Assembly (NCBI GenBank): GCA_907165135.1
Contig: OU015566.1
Span: forward strand, 2,728,001-2,792,000
Reading direction: 5' to 3'
DNA length: 64,000 bases
From: Oikopleura dioica
Taxonomy: Eukaryota > Animalia > Chordata
A program made the translations under genes and the position numbers. This document shows, one piece after another, positions 10,977 through 23,900 of the stretch. The notes under the pieces are model-generated. The model did no database searches. It was not told the origin of the DNA and saw only the letters and a program-made list of their open reading frames with translations. The stretch's first letter is position 1. Each line of letters opens with the position of its first letter.

Positions 10977-12772
10977 ATGCTCAAATTTTACAATGAAAAT
11001 GAGTGTAAATGGGAGAGGAAGAAAATCTCCTACCAGAGAAAATTGAGGAAGCTTCCGCAAAAGGATCGAAACAAATTCGTCCTTGATGATTCTTTCTGGT
11101 AATTTTCGGGGAGTGGCCTGAATCGACGAGAATGCGACAACTGTAATCTAATTTTTAGCCAATCAGATTTCTCCTTTCGGTGAGAAGGTCAAACAAATTC
11201 AAGAAAAAATGGAATTCATCGTCGTATTTTTTCTCAATTAGAGCCACCGCCCCCTTTTCTAGTAATTTTCCGACCATAATCTTGAACTCCAGGAGCTTCT
11301 CAAAAATCGTCCAGGAAGAAGAGTCCATCTCTGGCAGATCCTTCTGCATCGCGAATGAAATCTTCACCACCGAAAAAACTTTCGTGAAATCCCTCCGCGT
11401 CATCAAAGAAGTCTACGCAGACCCGATGGAAAACATCCTCTCCTACGATGATTCTTTCATGACGCGAAACTCGTGGAAAACGATCTTTCAAAACTTCCCC
11501 GCGATTCTAGCGCTGCACGAAAAAATTCTCACGGACATGGAAGCTGTTCTTCAAAAGGGGAAAATAAAGGGAGAAGAGGATCTCGAGAAATTTCTGTACT
11601 CGAAATATACCGCGGAGATTGTTGAAGTCTACACTCTGTATATGAACTCGTACGATCGAAAGACGGAAGAATTGGCGAATCTTCAATCAAATGAGAAGTT
11701 TTCAAGCTTCTTGTCAAGGTATTTTTTGAGCGATTGCTAAAGATGTTCTACAGTTTCTTTTCTCGATATCAAATTGTTCTATCGTTCTTTTGATTGGTGG
11801 AGCTACGAAACTAGGTCTTATATGGCTCTCTATATGGCCAATCACAAGATCGATGAAATTTTCCGTTATCAAGAAACGCCATTGTAGAAAATCGTCAAAT
11901 GAGCCAGTTCAACCGTATTTCTAGTCAAATTTCCAATTCGAAGGGAGATGGTCGCCCTCTTGACGCTCTCCTAATCCGGCCAATACAGCGACTTCCTTCT
12001 GTTCTTCTTCTTTTGAAAGATTTCCACAGGGAATTGGAGAAAGCAGAATCGAAGTACAGTAGCATCGTGGAGATGAGTTTTGATCAAATGAAACTGATTC
12101 TGGAACGGCTCAATAAAGAAAAAGGAATCGATGAAGGGCGTCAACGCATGCTCAATTTAGCAACGACGGTCGAGAACTTTCCTCAGGGCTTGGTCTCATC
12201 GGACAGGATTTTGCTGGAAACGGGCGCAGTACAGGGTAAGAAAGGACCATTTGATCAATTTTAAAGTCACTTTTTATAAAATTCACTTTTTATAGTTGAA
12301 CAAGACATTACAATTGAAAGATCGAGGCTTTCAAAGGGAAAATCTAGGATCAATTTCCATCTTATGAGCGATATGATTATTCTGACGAAAACGAAGACGA
12401 AATCGGTTGGTCTCAAACGATCGAAAAGAGATGTCGAAAATTTCGTCGGGCTGATACGAAAGGACAAAATTTCCCAAATCTTCCAAGTATGGCGGACCGC
12501 CTTTTCTAAAGAAAATATGATTTTAGGTGAATTCAACGAACAACATCGGCATCTATTTCTCAACCCACGAATTATCCCACCAACTGCTGTACTTCTCCGT
12601 CCTCTCGAATCGAGAAACGCTCGTAGAAAAGCTCAAGTCCTTCGAAAAATATAGAGTCAACGATGATTTTACGCCGAAATCGCCAGTTCGAGCAAGGTCA
12701 AAATCCTTTGACAGAGCAGCTTTAGTAAGAAGATCTTTCGACTTTCAGAAAAAGATAAATCTAGAACTGTAA
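10977..12772 (+). CDS. ECT2-like RhoGEF (DH-PH tandem), no BRCT domains visible
   Basis: IANEIFTTEKTFVKSLRVI (DH CR1), IFQNFPAILALHEKIL, and LLIRPIQRLPSVLLLLKD, which matches the ECT2-type LIRPVQRLPSV motif. It continues GLVSSDRILL and a PH-like segment LFLMSDMIILTK. Intron-separated exons. Confidence 0.8.
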
Positions 12773-13455
12773 AAATTAATAAAACTTGTCGATAAAGTCA
12801 GTATTTCTTGCTTACAATCAGTTTTTTCAACGAAAATGAAAGAAAAGGAGGCGGACAATTGAAGAGCTTGTTGAAGTTTATTAAAATTAGTGAGCCTAGG
12901 AATATGAAGAATGAATACTTGTTCTTTTGTCAGAAGAAAAGATTGATCTCCACCCTTTTCCTTGAAGGAATGAAGCTTTTCTCGTCAGGAAAGAACAAAA
13001 ACAGGACTGTGAACATTGAATTTGGAGTAAGAAAGAAAATTTTGAACAACAAAGGGGGTTACAGGAGGAGTAAGGGTGGTTGAACAGATAGAACACGACG
13101 AAAAAGAAAAACCCTACAAGAGTGGATTGAAATTTCCTTCATTTCTAGAGCTCGAAAGCGCTAGAAAGTCATGCAAGCAGGGTGAGAAAAGGATGATCTT
13201 TTGAAGCCTTTTTAAATAATTTCTTTGAACTTTGAAAGATAAAAAGGTTGAAGATGTTTTTCGCGAAATTGGAGCGTGTGAAATACGACTTGGCAAAATT
13301 CTAGTTTATCTCTTTAATTTCGTTGCTTTAATTGGCTACCTTGTGAATCAAAAAAGAAGTATTTTGTTTTGGAATACATTTAGTAATTTGTTCTAAATTA
13401 CATGGGGGGAGTATAGAGAACCGGGTTGAATGAAGAGGATGTTGTTTTCACGCAG

Positions 13456-14915
13456 CTACATGTCATCAGAGCATGGCAGATTCTCAAGCTTCGCGTAGTT
13501 GCCGGAGATTGTCCGGCCACGCTGCTTTTTCGCGGGAGATCGAGCGCTTTTTGAGGATTTCGATGACTTTTCTTTCATATAAAATGACTTCCAAAAGAGT
13601 AAAAACAATCTAAAATAGTCAAAATCCATTCCTTGGAGGCCCAACGATCTTGGGCCCCTCCTCAAGATCGAGGTCCTTGAGGGGAGTGTTTCCGAATCCG
13701 TCCGATTCGGAGACATCTTGAGATGAATCTGTGAGCTTCTGATACCGCCTCCGCAAAATTCCATTTCGCCCGCGCTGGAACCAATGTGCGATGGTGTGGC
13801 AGCCCGGGACGAGGACGAAACAGACGCCAAAGACGACGAAACATGTTATCATTCGGTCTAAAGAGGGGTTATCGAAGAGTTTGAGTGAAGAACTTACAGT
13901 CGCCCCAATCAAGTACTCCCTCGTAAATGTACGGAAGAGAGGAGTACTTGTGAAGAAGCCAGGTCATGAGGATATACGAAAGGCCGAATATCCAGGTCCA
14001 GGTGAAATGAAGAAGTCGGATAGGCACATCTGATACGACCAGGTCGAGAATTATTCCTACAGAATTTACTTTCAACGAGTTTCGAACAAAAACGTTCCCC
14101 CTAAATCTTCAAAATTGAGATCAGCAACCTGTGTAGAAACCTGAGTCAGGGTTACTTCACAGATTGCCGTCTACAGCTTCGAAATTCTATGAAATATGAG
14201 ATAAAACTCGGTTCCTAAATGGCAATGCCAGGAAAAAGCATCAAATTCAGTCCTCAGCAACGCCCAAAAGGAAATCGTTACAGACAAGCCGACGTCAATC
14301 GCGAAGGTATAAAGGACCCAGCTGAGTTTGTGGAACCAAAGAAGCTCGTCCTGCTCGGTGGAGTAGATCTGACCGGCCCGGCCAGTCGCGGAGAGGAGCT
14401 TGTCGTTGGACTTTTCGTTGCCGAGGTCGATTTCAGACGAGGTAGAAGAGGGATTGTCGCTTGTGTCGATTGTTTCTAGGGAAAAAAGAGTGTTACAATC
14501 AGTCACTAACAGGGAACCCTGCTCCGAGATCGGTTTTGGGAGGAGGTACAACCTGAGTCAGGGCCTCATAGTTTCATAGCCTGACTCAGGTTGCCAGCAA
14601 AGTTGCCAGGGGGTTATCAAGGTTCAGAAAGATTTCTAGACGCGATAAGAAAACGAACCATTGAGGTATCCATAGAGACAAGTGAGAAACGAGGCGATAA
14701 GGTGAAGATTCAGCGCAGTTTCCGCCCATGTAGTCAGGTAGATGAAGTGCTTAGGCTGCTCTCCTAGTGATAAAAACGGTAAATGGGTATATACTCATTT
14801 GGTGATTTTATTACCTTCCAAAGCCTTGGAAACAATCTGGACAATAAACCAGGCGACAAAGTACGCAGCGAGGAGGCCACGGTAGACGCAGTAAATCAGT
14901 TGTGACGGGAAGAGC
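13456..14915 (-). CDS. Rolling-stone-like (rost/FAR-17a-type) multi-pass membrane protein; first exon(s) unresolved
   Basis: Spliced exons QLIYCVYRGLLAAYFVAW / KHFIYLTTW / KLSWVLYTFAIDVGLSVTISFWALL...SWHCH / VNSVGIILDLVVSDVPIRLLHF...YIYEGVLDW carry the FIYLTxW, KxSWVL, HxxNS, PxRxxH and YIYxxLDW motifs of rolling stone proteins. Confidence 0.8.
14124..14168. mobile_element. Short CCTGAGTCAGG-family palindromic element (intronic)
   Basis: GCAACCTGTGTAGAAACCTGAGTCAGGGTTACTTCACAGATTGC. Confidence 0.6.
14549..14596. mobile_element. Short CCTGAGTCAGG-family palindromic element
   Basis: CAACCTGAGTCAGG...CCTGACTCAGGTTG inverted pair at an exon/intron edge of the rolling-stone gene. Confidence 0.6.
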
Positions 14916-15617
14916 TAAAACGCAATTTAAAATAAAACAGAAAAATAAGCGAAATAATGAAATAAATCATCGACCAAGTCAATTCGGTGCAATCAGAAAG
15001 AAAAGCATTCACCAATAAATGGCTTTGAGAGTACTCAATCGTTGAATTTCGATAATTCAATCAAGAAATACGGAAATCTCCATCAAAAAAGACCTCTCCT
15101 TCTGAAAACATAGCTGCGGTTCCGTCATTTCCGCTCAGCAATATTTTCTCCTTTACAAAATCACGATATATTTGCACTCTGAGTTGCGATTATTTTATGA
15201 ATATATTTAAATAACAACGCATTTTACGTTTCCCTGTCAAATGACCCCGTAAACGCCCATATTTTTAAGCTCAAGAATATTAGAGTCAGGTTTTCCTCGC
15301 AGGCTTGAGCCAGAAGGTCTTTTTAGGAGGCCTCCTTGCAAAAGTGGTTATTTTACAAGTTCCACTGAGTTCGACTCATAAAAGTCAAACTCATAAAATC
15401 AAACCGCGATCACGCGAACTGGTTGTATTGCTCAACACCAGAATTATGCAATTTTTGATGGCCGGGCATCAATAATAAACCAATCCGTTATTAACAATAC
15501 CTTGTTGGAAAAAGACCTTTCTGAAAAACGGATGATGTTGAAGAAGGAAAAAGAAGACAAGTTTAGATTTTAAATATTGATTAAAATTGACAAATCTGAT
15601 ATCTATTTGTTGCAGAC

Positions 15618-15720
15618 GTGTTGTATAAGAAACCTGAGTCAGGGACAGGAAACAGCTTTCATAAAAATAGCGGCTTCGCTAGAATCTTGACTCAGGTCTT
15701 TTACACAGGTCGCCGAGCCC
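15618..15720. mobile_element. CCTGAGTCAGG-family palindromic element
   Basis: GTATAAGAAACCTGAGTCAGGG ... CTTGACTCAGGTCTTTTACACAGGTCGCCGAGCCC. Confidence 0.6.
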
Positions 15721-16519
15721 AGAATAAGTCGAAAAATCATATAAAAACGCGCCGTCAGAAATAAACTCAAATTTCAGCAAATAAGCAGATAAATATCTCA
15801 ACGAAAAATGGGCGTCACCGACGACAGCCGGTTAGAACCAGAAAAACCCGTTCTTGACCGTTTCGAAAATAAGCCGAAACATGTCAAAATAACAAAAAAA
15901 TCAATGACTGGCATGGGCCCATGTTCCTGGTATCGGCGTCACAAATGAGATTAACACACGCGTGATCCTTAATCAGCCTAAAAGGTTCAACAAAGGACGA
16001 ATTTGTTATTCGCACCTTTATTTTGAAAGAATGCAAAATTCGAATATTTCTCTAAAAAAACATTTCTGCTTTCAAGTCTCAAAAATGCGAATTTTATGTA
16101 AAAAGTCGGGAATAAGAAAAGCTTTCTTCACGAAAAAACTTTGAAAGTAATTATTACAACTTCAGAAATGGACTTACAGTACTCCGATAAAATCGTCTTC
16201 GCGAAACTCCAGCAAGCTTCACTTTTCGCGGATGAAGTTCGCTCTCCCTGCTTGGGACGCAGCAATGTTCGACTTCTGAAAAGTCACAGAAAATCGGCAT
16301 TTTTCTCTGTCTTTTCGGATTTTCAGAGTTCTTTCCCGATTCTGATTTTTTCTCTTTTTTTTTCCTCGAGCTCCCGAGCGCGATTTTTTTTCTTTGCCTT
16401 GGCGTCGCGAGTCGTCGCCGCTGCTGATTGGTCGAGCGCGCCACTTTCGAGCCAATTCACGCACCTAAAACATTATCGGACCATTATTCATCCCTTCGGG
16501 ACCTGTGATAGATGATGAG

Positions 16520-16800
16520 CTATTTTCTGAAAAATGGATCATCTATGAATTAAATTCGACTATAATCTTGATTTTTGGCTAAATCGTTAGTAAGTAAAAG
16601 TCATTTTCATCACGTTCATCGAATATTCAGGCATTTTCGACTAGATAGTCATTTTAATTCAAGTCAAAATGCCTAAATTTTCGATAAAAGTGATGAAAAT
16701 GACTTTTACTTACTATTGATTTAGCCAAAAATCAAGATTTTAGTCGAATTGTTACGGAAAACATTCGAAATATGATTCACATTTCTTCAGAAGAAAATAT
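16520..16800. repeat. Long imperfect palindrome (foldback/MITE-like) upstream of the connexin gene
   Basis: An arm of about 85 bp starting AATTCGACTATAATCTTGATTTTTGGCTAAATC (16553) pairs with GATTTAGCCAAAAATCAAGATTTTAGTCGAATT (ends 16750). Weaker outer arms extend to about 16520 and 16800. Confidence 0.85.
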
Positions 16801-16945
16801 TGGAAAATTTTTAACCACCCACTTCGGGGCAGATGACCAAGGTCAAGCAATTTTCTGCATTGCACTTGAGGCGCTAATCTACCATTTTTGTTCATGCTTT
16901 TTTTCGCCATGGCAGGCGTTTTTTCTGCCTTAGAGAAAGTCGAAG

Positions 16946-18293
16946 ATGGGGCTGGCTCTTGCGGAAACGCTGATTGAGTACTCTAATACAGGTTGTTATT
17001 TTGAGACAAAGACAGTTTCCGGGACAGTTTTCTAGCGATTTTGTACAGTACTCGTCTTGGTATCTTGTGGTACGCGTTGACATGCGGTTTTCGACTAGGA
17101 ATGGCGGCTTTAATTGGTCCGGCAATTTGGACAGGCGCTTCTGGCGAGTTCAGATGCGATACAGTTCTGTTTGGGTGCGATAATGCTTGTTATAATAATT
17201 TCATGCCGATTGGACTGGACAAACTTTGGCAGATTCAATTGGAAAGTGATTCAAAATTTCGTTTTCTTCCTTGATTTCAGGGCACGTTTTTGAATCATTC
17301 GTAAGATTGCGGCTCTTTTTCCAAGTTTTTTGTTCACGAGTTATATTTACCTCGAAGATGGAAAACGGCGGTTAGGTAAGATTAAGGCCCTCCCCCTCGA
17401 TTGTTCATTACGATCTCGATTTGAGATGTAACAAGAAGAAAGCTAGAAGAAAAATCGACAGTTGTTGGCTCCGATCATACAATTGAAGATGACGTGACTG
17501 TATCCGAGGCCTCACGAAGAACGAATCATGAAGTGATGAAAGCAAGAAGTGAAAAACGAAAACTGAGGGTGATGGGAAAGAAGGTTGTGGAAGTCGTCTG
17601 GAGCCCAAAAATTCGATTTGCTTTTTTGGTCCATCTGATTTGCAGAATGTGCGTCGAGATTTCCTTCTTTGCGTTTTCGATGATGATCCAGGTAGAACGA
17701 CTTTTTGGTCATTTTTTTGCAAATTTCAGGTGAACATGAATAATATTGGTCGACATGGAGCTGATCATCAGTCCGTTTTCGCTGGACTTTTTGATGTTCC
17801 AGCGACTTTTTACTGCCCTGTCAATGATGTTTATGTCAGACAATGGTGCAACAAGAATGAAAATATTCTCTGCTACGTCAATAAGGTACAGTCCCTCTTC
17901 TTTCTTTGTTGAAAACTATTTTCAAAGCCATCAGAGAAGAAAATCTCTTTGTTTTACATGAACATCACCTGCCTTATTTCAATGTGCCTTACAGGTAAAA
18001 AAACTAGTATTTCCGATGTCATGTTTCTAGTCGCCGATTTCATCTCCGCCTGCAGTCATTTCTGCCGAAGAAAAATCCGATCCATCAAGCACCAGGCAAG
18101 AATCGGGCAACATTTTGCCCAAGAACGTAATTTTGGGCCGATTCCTCCACTGGCAGGTCGAGATTCGTTGAATGGACCAAACACTTGGAATGGCTGCAGC
18201 TACCATCCAGATTTCACAACAGTAAGTATTTTTTTCCGATGCATGCTTCATGATTTCAGATCGGCAAAAACCATCAATGCAATCAATACGTAA
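16946..18293 (+). CDS. Connexin (gap-junction protein), intron-containing
   Basis: YSTRLGILWYALTCGFRLGMAALIGPAIW...FRCDTVLFGCDNACYNNFMPI..LWQIQL gives TM1 and E1 with C-x6-C-x3-C. TM3 is AFLVHLICRMCVEISFF. E2 is FYC...WC...LCYVNK, followed by PSEKKISLFYMNITCLISMCLT (equivalent to RPTEK and TM4). Confidence 0.9.
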
Positions 18294-20921
18294 ATGATAT
18301 TCCGTCGAGAAGAGCGACCCCCCAAACGATGCCAAATCAGCAAAGTAGTTTTCAAGAAGAAATGCCATCAGAAGAACTAAGAATCCAGCCGCCAGTAAGG
18401 CAGTCTGTAGCTTTTATTGATCCACAAAATCGAGGAAGTATCTGAATCAAACAAATCTTCTCTGACTAAAAAATAAGTCCTGACAAATGTTCTCAAAATT
18501 AAAATAAACTTTCTCGGCGAAAATTTTTCCTCGATTCGGAACTTCTGAAAAAGCTGTGGAACTTTCCCGCGGGGCATATTCATCCATCATTTTGGCTTTC
18601 TTCCAAAATTATTCAAAACATCGCGTAAAAGTTTCTCCTCTGAAAAACCGCGAAATTTCCCAAACAATCATCCCTTTTTTGTATCGACCGGGTGAACTTC
18701 AAAAAAAGGTTGAAAAGCGTAGGCAGTCGATTTCCCGCTTATTGAGTGCCTGCTGGAACGTGTCTGTCTGTGTCTGTGTGCCCGCTAGTCCGCTCAACTT
18801 GAACCCCTTTTTTTATTTTCTCCCGAGAGAGGAAAGAGTAAAATCATCCTGATCGACTATTTGATTATTCATTATTCAAAAGAGAAGATAAGGAAGACTT
18901 GATAAAAATCCCGGGCGGGCCATCTCTCCTTTGTCTGGGGAAAACAAAACGACGGGAAATAAATATCAGAGAGTAGCAGCAGAGTAGACAAAAGAACAGT
19001 TTTTGGAAGAAAAGAAAAGTACTCAGAAGAATTTCAGAAGAACAAGAGATTTTAAATAAGAATTATTTCTGAAAATTATCGACCAAAAAATCAGGTAAGA
19101 TTAATTTTTCTTCTTTTATTGAAATTTCTTATTCTTTTTTTAATTAAAATCTTCTTTTTCAAGCCTTTTTTTCTCGTAAAAGCTAAGTTATAAAAGTAAT
19201 TCAAATCTTATATAACCGAAAAATTTTCGAGCTACTTGAAATTTTTTCATTCAAAAACTGATTATCAGGGCAAAAATACATGAAAGTCGTAAATTCTGAG
19301 CACCCTGGGAAAGCTGAAAAGTACTCAAACGTCATAAGCCCATTATATCCTCTGATACTCCTCTGATGGTATTTTCTAAGTGGTTCTTTTGCTCTTCAAA
19401 ATGATTGTTCTTCTTAGAGTGATTATTGAGGTTGCTAATTTATTGATTTCAAATGGAGTTTGCCATTTGAACTTTGATCTCGTGTTGATTGATTGACCTC
19501 ATTAGGATGATGGCCAAAAACTCGATTAAGGATTTTTTTCTAGAGTGATTCTTAAGGGATCATAAAATGGTTTTTATTCACTTCGATCAGACAATTTTCA
19601 TTCATAACGAATTGAACTAGATACAAAAGGACCACCTTACCCTTCTACCTTCGTGAAAGCAAATTTCAGTAATGATTTAATGATTTTTCACAATGACGAC
19701 TCATCTCTCAAAAATTTGTTTATGATAAGCCCTCTTGGGCAACAGTTTGATTCCCTAATCCTACTGGTCGCAATTTTAACACGTGATCTGTCTCTCTTGT
19801 TCCTGTGTGCCTAAATGCTCCCTCTCCCCTTGTGACACTCGGACTGCTTAATTAATAAGTGACACCAAAAGGCTAAGCCTGACTCTGCTCCTTGAGTTTT
19901 TGTTCTTTATTGAATTCTAAATTTGACTTTTTTTTTTCCAAGTCATTTCTTTTCAACGCAAAAAAATATGCCGAATTCTTTTTCTTCAAAAATTCTAGCG
20001 CTCAGCCCTAAATTAGGGAAAAAGAGAAAAAATGAAAATGATAAAAGTATCAAATTGGACAGAGAAAATTCGAAATCGATGGAACTTGCATTTCATTTGA
20101 AAAAACTTGATAGATTTCAATTCAACAGCGGTTCCAATCGGAGTCTAATCCACCATCAGCTGTGGAATGTCCCGATCGGGCGGAGCTACTCCACCTCGAC
20201 TGTTAACTTCGGCCCCTTGCCGGTCATTCCTCCGGTAATTCAGATTTTCCTTTTCCAAAATGGGGGAGGAGCAAATTTCCGGGAGTGTTTTTTCGAGAAA
20301 TTCATCAACAAGAAGTTCCAAAAGAGAAAAAGCGTTTCACAAGCGATTCAGAGAGAGCATCGCGCAATTTCCGAGCATCGATTTTGAGCAGTTCAGAATG
20401 TGCCCTGGTGCTCAAGAATTTATGCCGTTTTATGAATGTTTTCAGAAAAAGAAATCATTTTTTCCATTAAATTTTTCGATTTTTTCTTTGAAAACTCGCT
20501 AAAAAGCAGCTAGAAAGACTGATTCAACTTGACAAGATCTCCTTAAATTTCGAGCGGCTTCGTTTCGATCGCCTTAGTCGGGAAGGGGTCAAAAAATTTT
20601 TGTATCCAATGGCGTCGGAGATCGGAGATCGGACAATTTCACGCTCCGCGGACTGCCGATAGCATTAAACGGGTAGTAATCCTTTTGTACTCGATTACTA
20701 AATTTGACCCTGAAATTTTTGATTTTCGAGATTTGAGGAGCAAAGCCAGTTTTCGAGGTTGGACGAGATTCTGCGAGTTAGGGTTTGTCAAAGTCATTTT
20801 TCTAGACGAAAAATTTCAATTTTTATAGAAAGAAAATTCATGAAAATTTGATTTTTTTCATTAATTTCTCGTGGTAATATTTTTTTTGTAGCGCAAGTCA
20901 ACAGCGTATTCTGGAACTGAT

Positions 20922-23900
20922 GTGTCCCAAAGTATCGATTGTCTCTCAATAATGTCCGATCGAAGCAGAATCAACACTCTTCTCGACGATCCTGGCCCAG
21001 TTGAACCGATAGATTTCGAGCGCCATTTGGCTGGAAAAAGATTTCAAATACAAAACGATGCCTGTAAACATCTTCTTCAGCTCCCCGAAGAACCTTACGT
21101 AGAAATCCGCGAAGCTGAAAAACGAACAGCTGTTTCAGAAATTCCCGCTTATGAGCCGACTCAAATTGATCCAGTTGTTTTGTCTGCGATTGAACAGTAT
21201 GCTGCTCCGAGCTCGACTGTAATTAGAATTCACGAGGCGCAGTTTGGAAGGAGTTACAAGCAGTTGCCGCCGAACGACCTTCAGTCGAATATTTTCCCGC
21301 TCCAGTACGAGCCAGATATTGATAAAGAAAATGAAGTCATCAATCCAAGCCAGGGCTCTAGAATCTTTTTCATCCTTTCTGATCCTTTCAGATGGTTTTT
21401 GAATAAAAATCAATTCTCTTTTCCCATTTCTAGAGCCCTGATTCTAGCGATAAGCGAGGTTGGCTCCTGAAACTGAAATCAACAGTCGAAAATAGCGAAA
21501 AATTCTCCCTGAAGGAGCTCAATCGCGATGGCAAAAAACGATGGGCGGTTCTGAGAAAAGTTCAAGAAGGAGATGATACGACGGGGTACTTACTGGAATG
21601 TCTGAAGGACGAGAAGGAGGAGCACAAGGGAAAGAATGCGAAGGGAGTGACGTACTTCTTGGCAGAGCCGATTTTCGAAGCATTTCCGTTTGATGAAACG
21701 AGTAAGGATCAGAAGAGAAGATTTGGGTTTGAGCTCAGGATGCAGAACTCCGAAGGGGATGAGAAAGATGAAATAACAGGAATGATTATATAATCAATAT
21801 TATAATATTAAGATTTGATACACTTGACTAGTCAGAGGATGATAAGAATAAATGTTCAATGAATAAAGGGGTAAAAAGGGGCCTTTTCTCCAAAGAAACG
21901 ATAACATTATGGCCTCTTTTTCAATTTTATAAATCATAAAAAAGTCAATGCTGTCTTTGTCGCTGAAAACGAAGAAGACCGAGACGATTGGGTCTCAAGA
22001 ATCAACGATGCCCTTGCCTGCTCTAAGCGACAAGAACTAGAAGAAGATTCAGACCCGGAAGACATCATCGACGAGGAAAAAATCCAATCGAGATTTTCCG
22101 CCACTCAAAATAACTCGATCTACTCGTACCTCAAAGAATCACAGCGATACGATGATCTGACACGAAAACGCAAGCGGAACCGAAATCGAATTCTTGCGCT
22201 TTCATCTCAGCGGGAAGGGCTGAACTTATCACAAAACTCGCAAATGACGGAGATCTCTGAAGTCGCGGAGAATCGATTGGAGCCAGTGAGATTTGTTCTG
22301 AGAGCGGCGAGTTTGCAGTTTCATCTGAGAGGAGCAATAAGGGAGCAAAATATTGACATTTCAAATCTGGAGCCGTTTTTTGTTACTTTTGCGCTTTTTG
22401 ATGCGAAATCAAGGAAGAGTTTCAAATTAAAAAAGGGACCATAATATTGTCCTCTATTTTTCTATTTGGAATTAAAATACAGAATTTTCAATTGATTAGG
22501 AATAAGAAATTGAAGCAAATGTTTCTTCTTACACCACAACTTAATTTCGGAACTCTCAAAAGAAAGAAAATCTCGGCGGATTTCCATGCCCAAATGAACG
22601 ATGAAGCCCTTAAAAACCTGACCAATCCAGTCGGCATCAATGACTTCGTCGATCAGATGTTTGGCGAACCTGAGCGCAAGAAGATCAACTACTCCTGGAT
22701 CGAAAACCCTAAGCAAGCGATTTTCGATGTCTACCAACCTCATGAGCAAATTTATCTCGTGGCAAAAATCGAAAGAGTTTTGCAAGGATCGATTTCGAAA
22801 ACTTCCCAGCCGTATTGTGAAAAATCTGATTCGGAGAAAATCGTCAACGGAATAATCAAGCAAGTCAAAAGCGCATGCAACAGAATTCCAGAGCATCGGA
22901 TGCCCTTTTGCTGGGGAGCCGTTTCTCTGTTTGACAAAAAGGGAAGTTTCGCTCCTGGTGGCTTTCAGTCTTCTTTCAAGGAACAGGAAAACTTTCAGAT
23001 ACCGTTTGGAGATCTTTATCGACAAGAAGCGAATAAACTAAAAGACGAGGAATTATTCCGCTTTCTCTCGGAAATCGGCAAATCTGGCAAAAATCTCGAC
23101 AAACTTGACCGAATCTACCGCCCTCCGAATCTCTCCTTGCTTACAGTCATCATCGAGCCTCTCAAGGAAAACGAGCAGTTGGTCGATGTTCTGACTAGCT
23201 CTCTCCAGCCAGTGAAGCCGTATCACGCTGCTGGAGCCGATCCATACTTTGAAATCGACACATTTGAAGATATTCCTCAACATATTGCCGCTCCTTTTGA
23301 GAATTACCTCAATCATCTTTATATTCGCCCGATTTCGCTGAAGTACGATACTCAAAAGAGCTTTCCAAAGGCGAGGAATATCACGATCAGCTGCGAACTG
23401 TGGAATGGAGATGAGCCCGCGAGCTCGAGAAAATTATGCGTGTTTTATACGAGGCCGGAAACGAGAGGGCTGATTTTTGATACTTCAAGGAATGATTCCA
23501 AAAACCATAAGATAAACATTGTTTGATTCTTTTGATAATTTTTCATTACTGATATGACTGATACAAAATCAATTGGCCTAAGATACATGTGATGATGGTG
23601 GAATACAAAGGCCACATTCATCTTACTTCTCAATACCGAATCCCTTATCAGTAAAAGCTTATGCCCTTAAAAAGAACCCCGCTGGTGTTAGCGCTTATCA
23701 CTCTAGAATCTATTCAAGACACACGGCAGTCACTCATCACCAAACGTGCCCACAATTCTACGAAGAAATAAAAGTAGAACTTCCACCAAATATTCACGAC
23801 GGACATCACGTGAAAATCGTCATTTACCACGTCTCCGTCGATCCGAAAAAGACTCCCTCAAGCAAGAAAGGAGCTCCCGAATCCGTCTTGACAGAAATTG

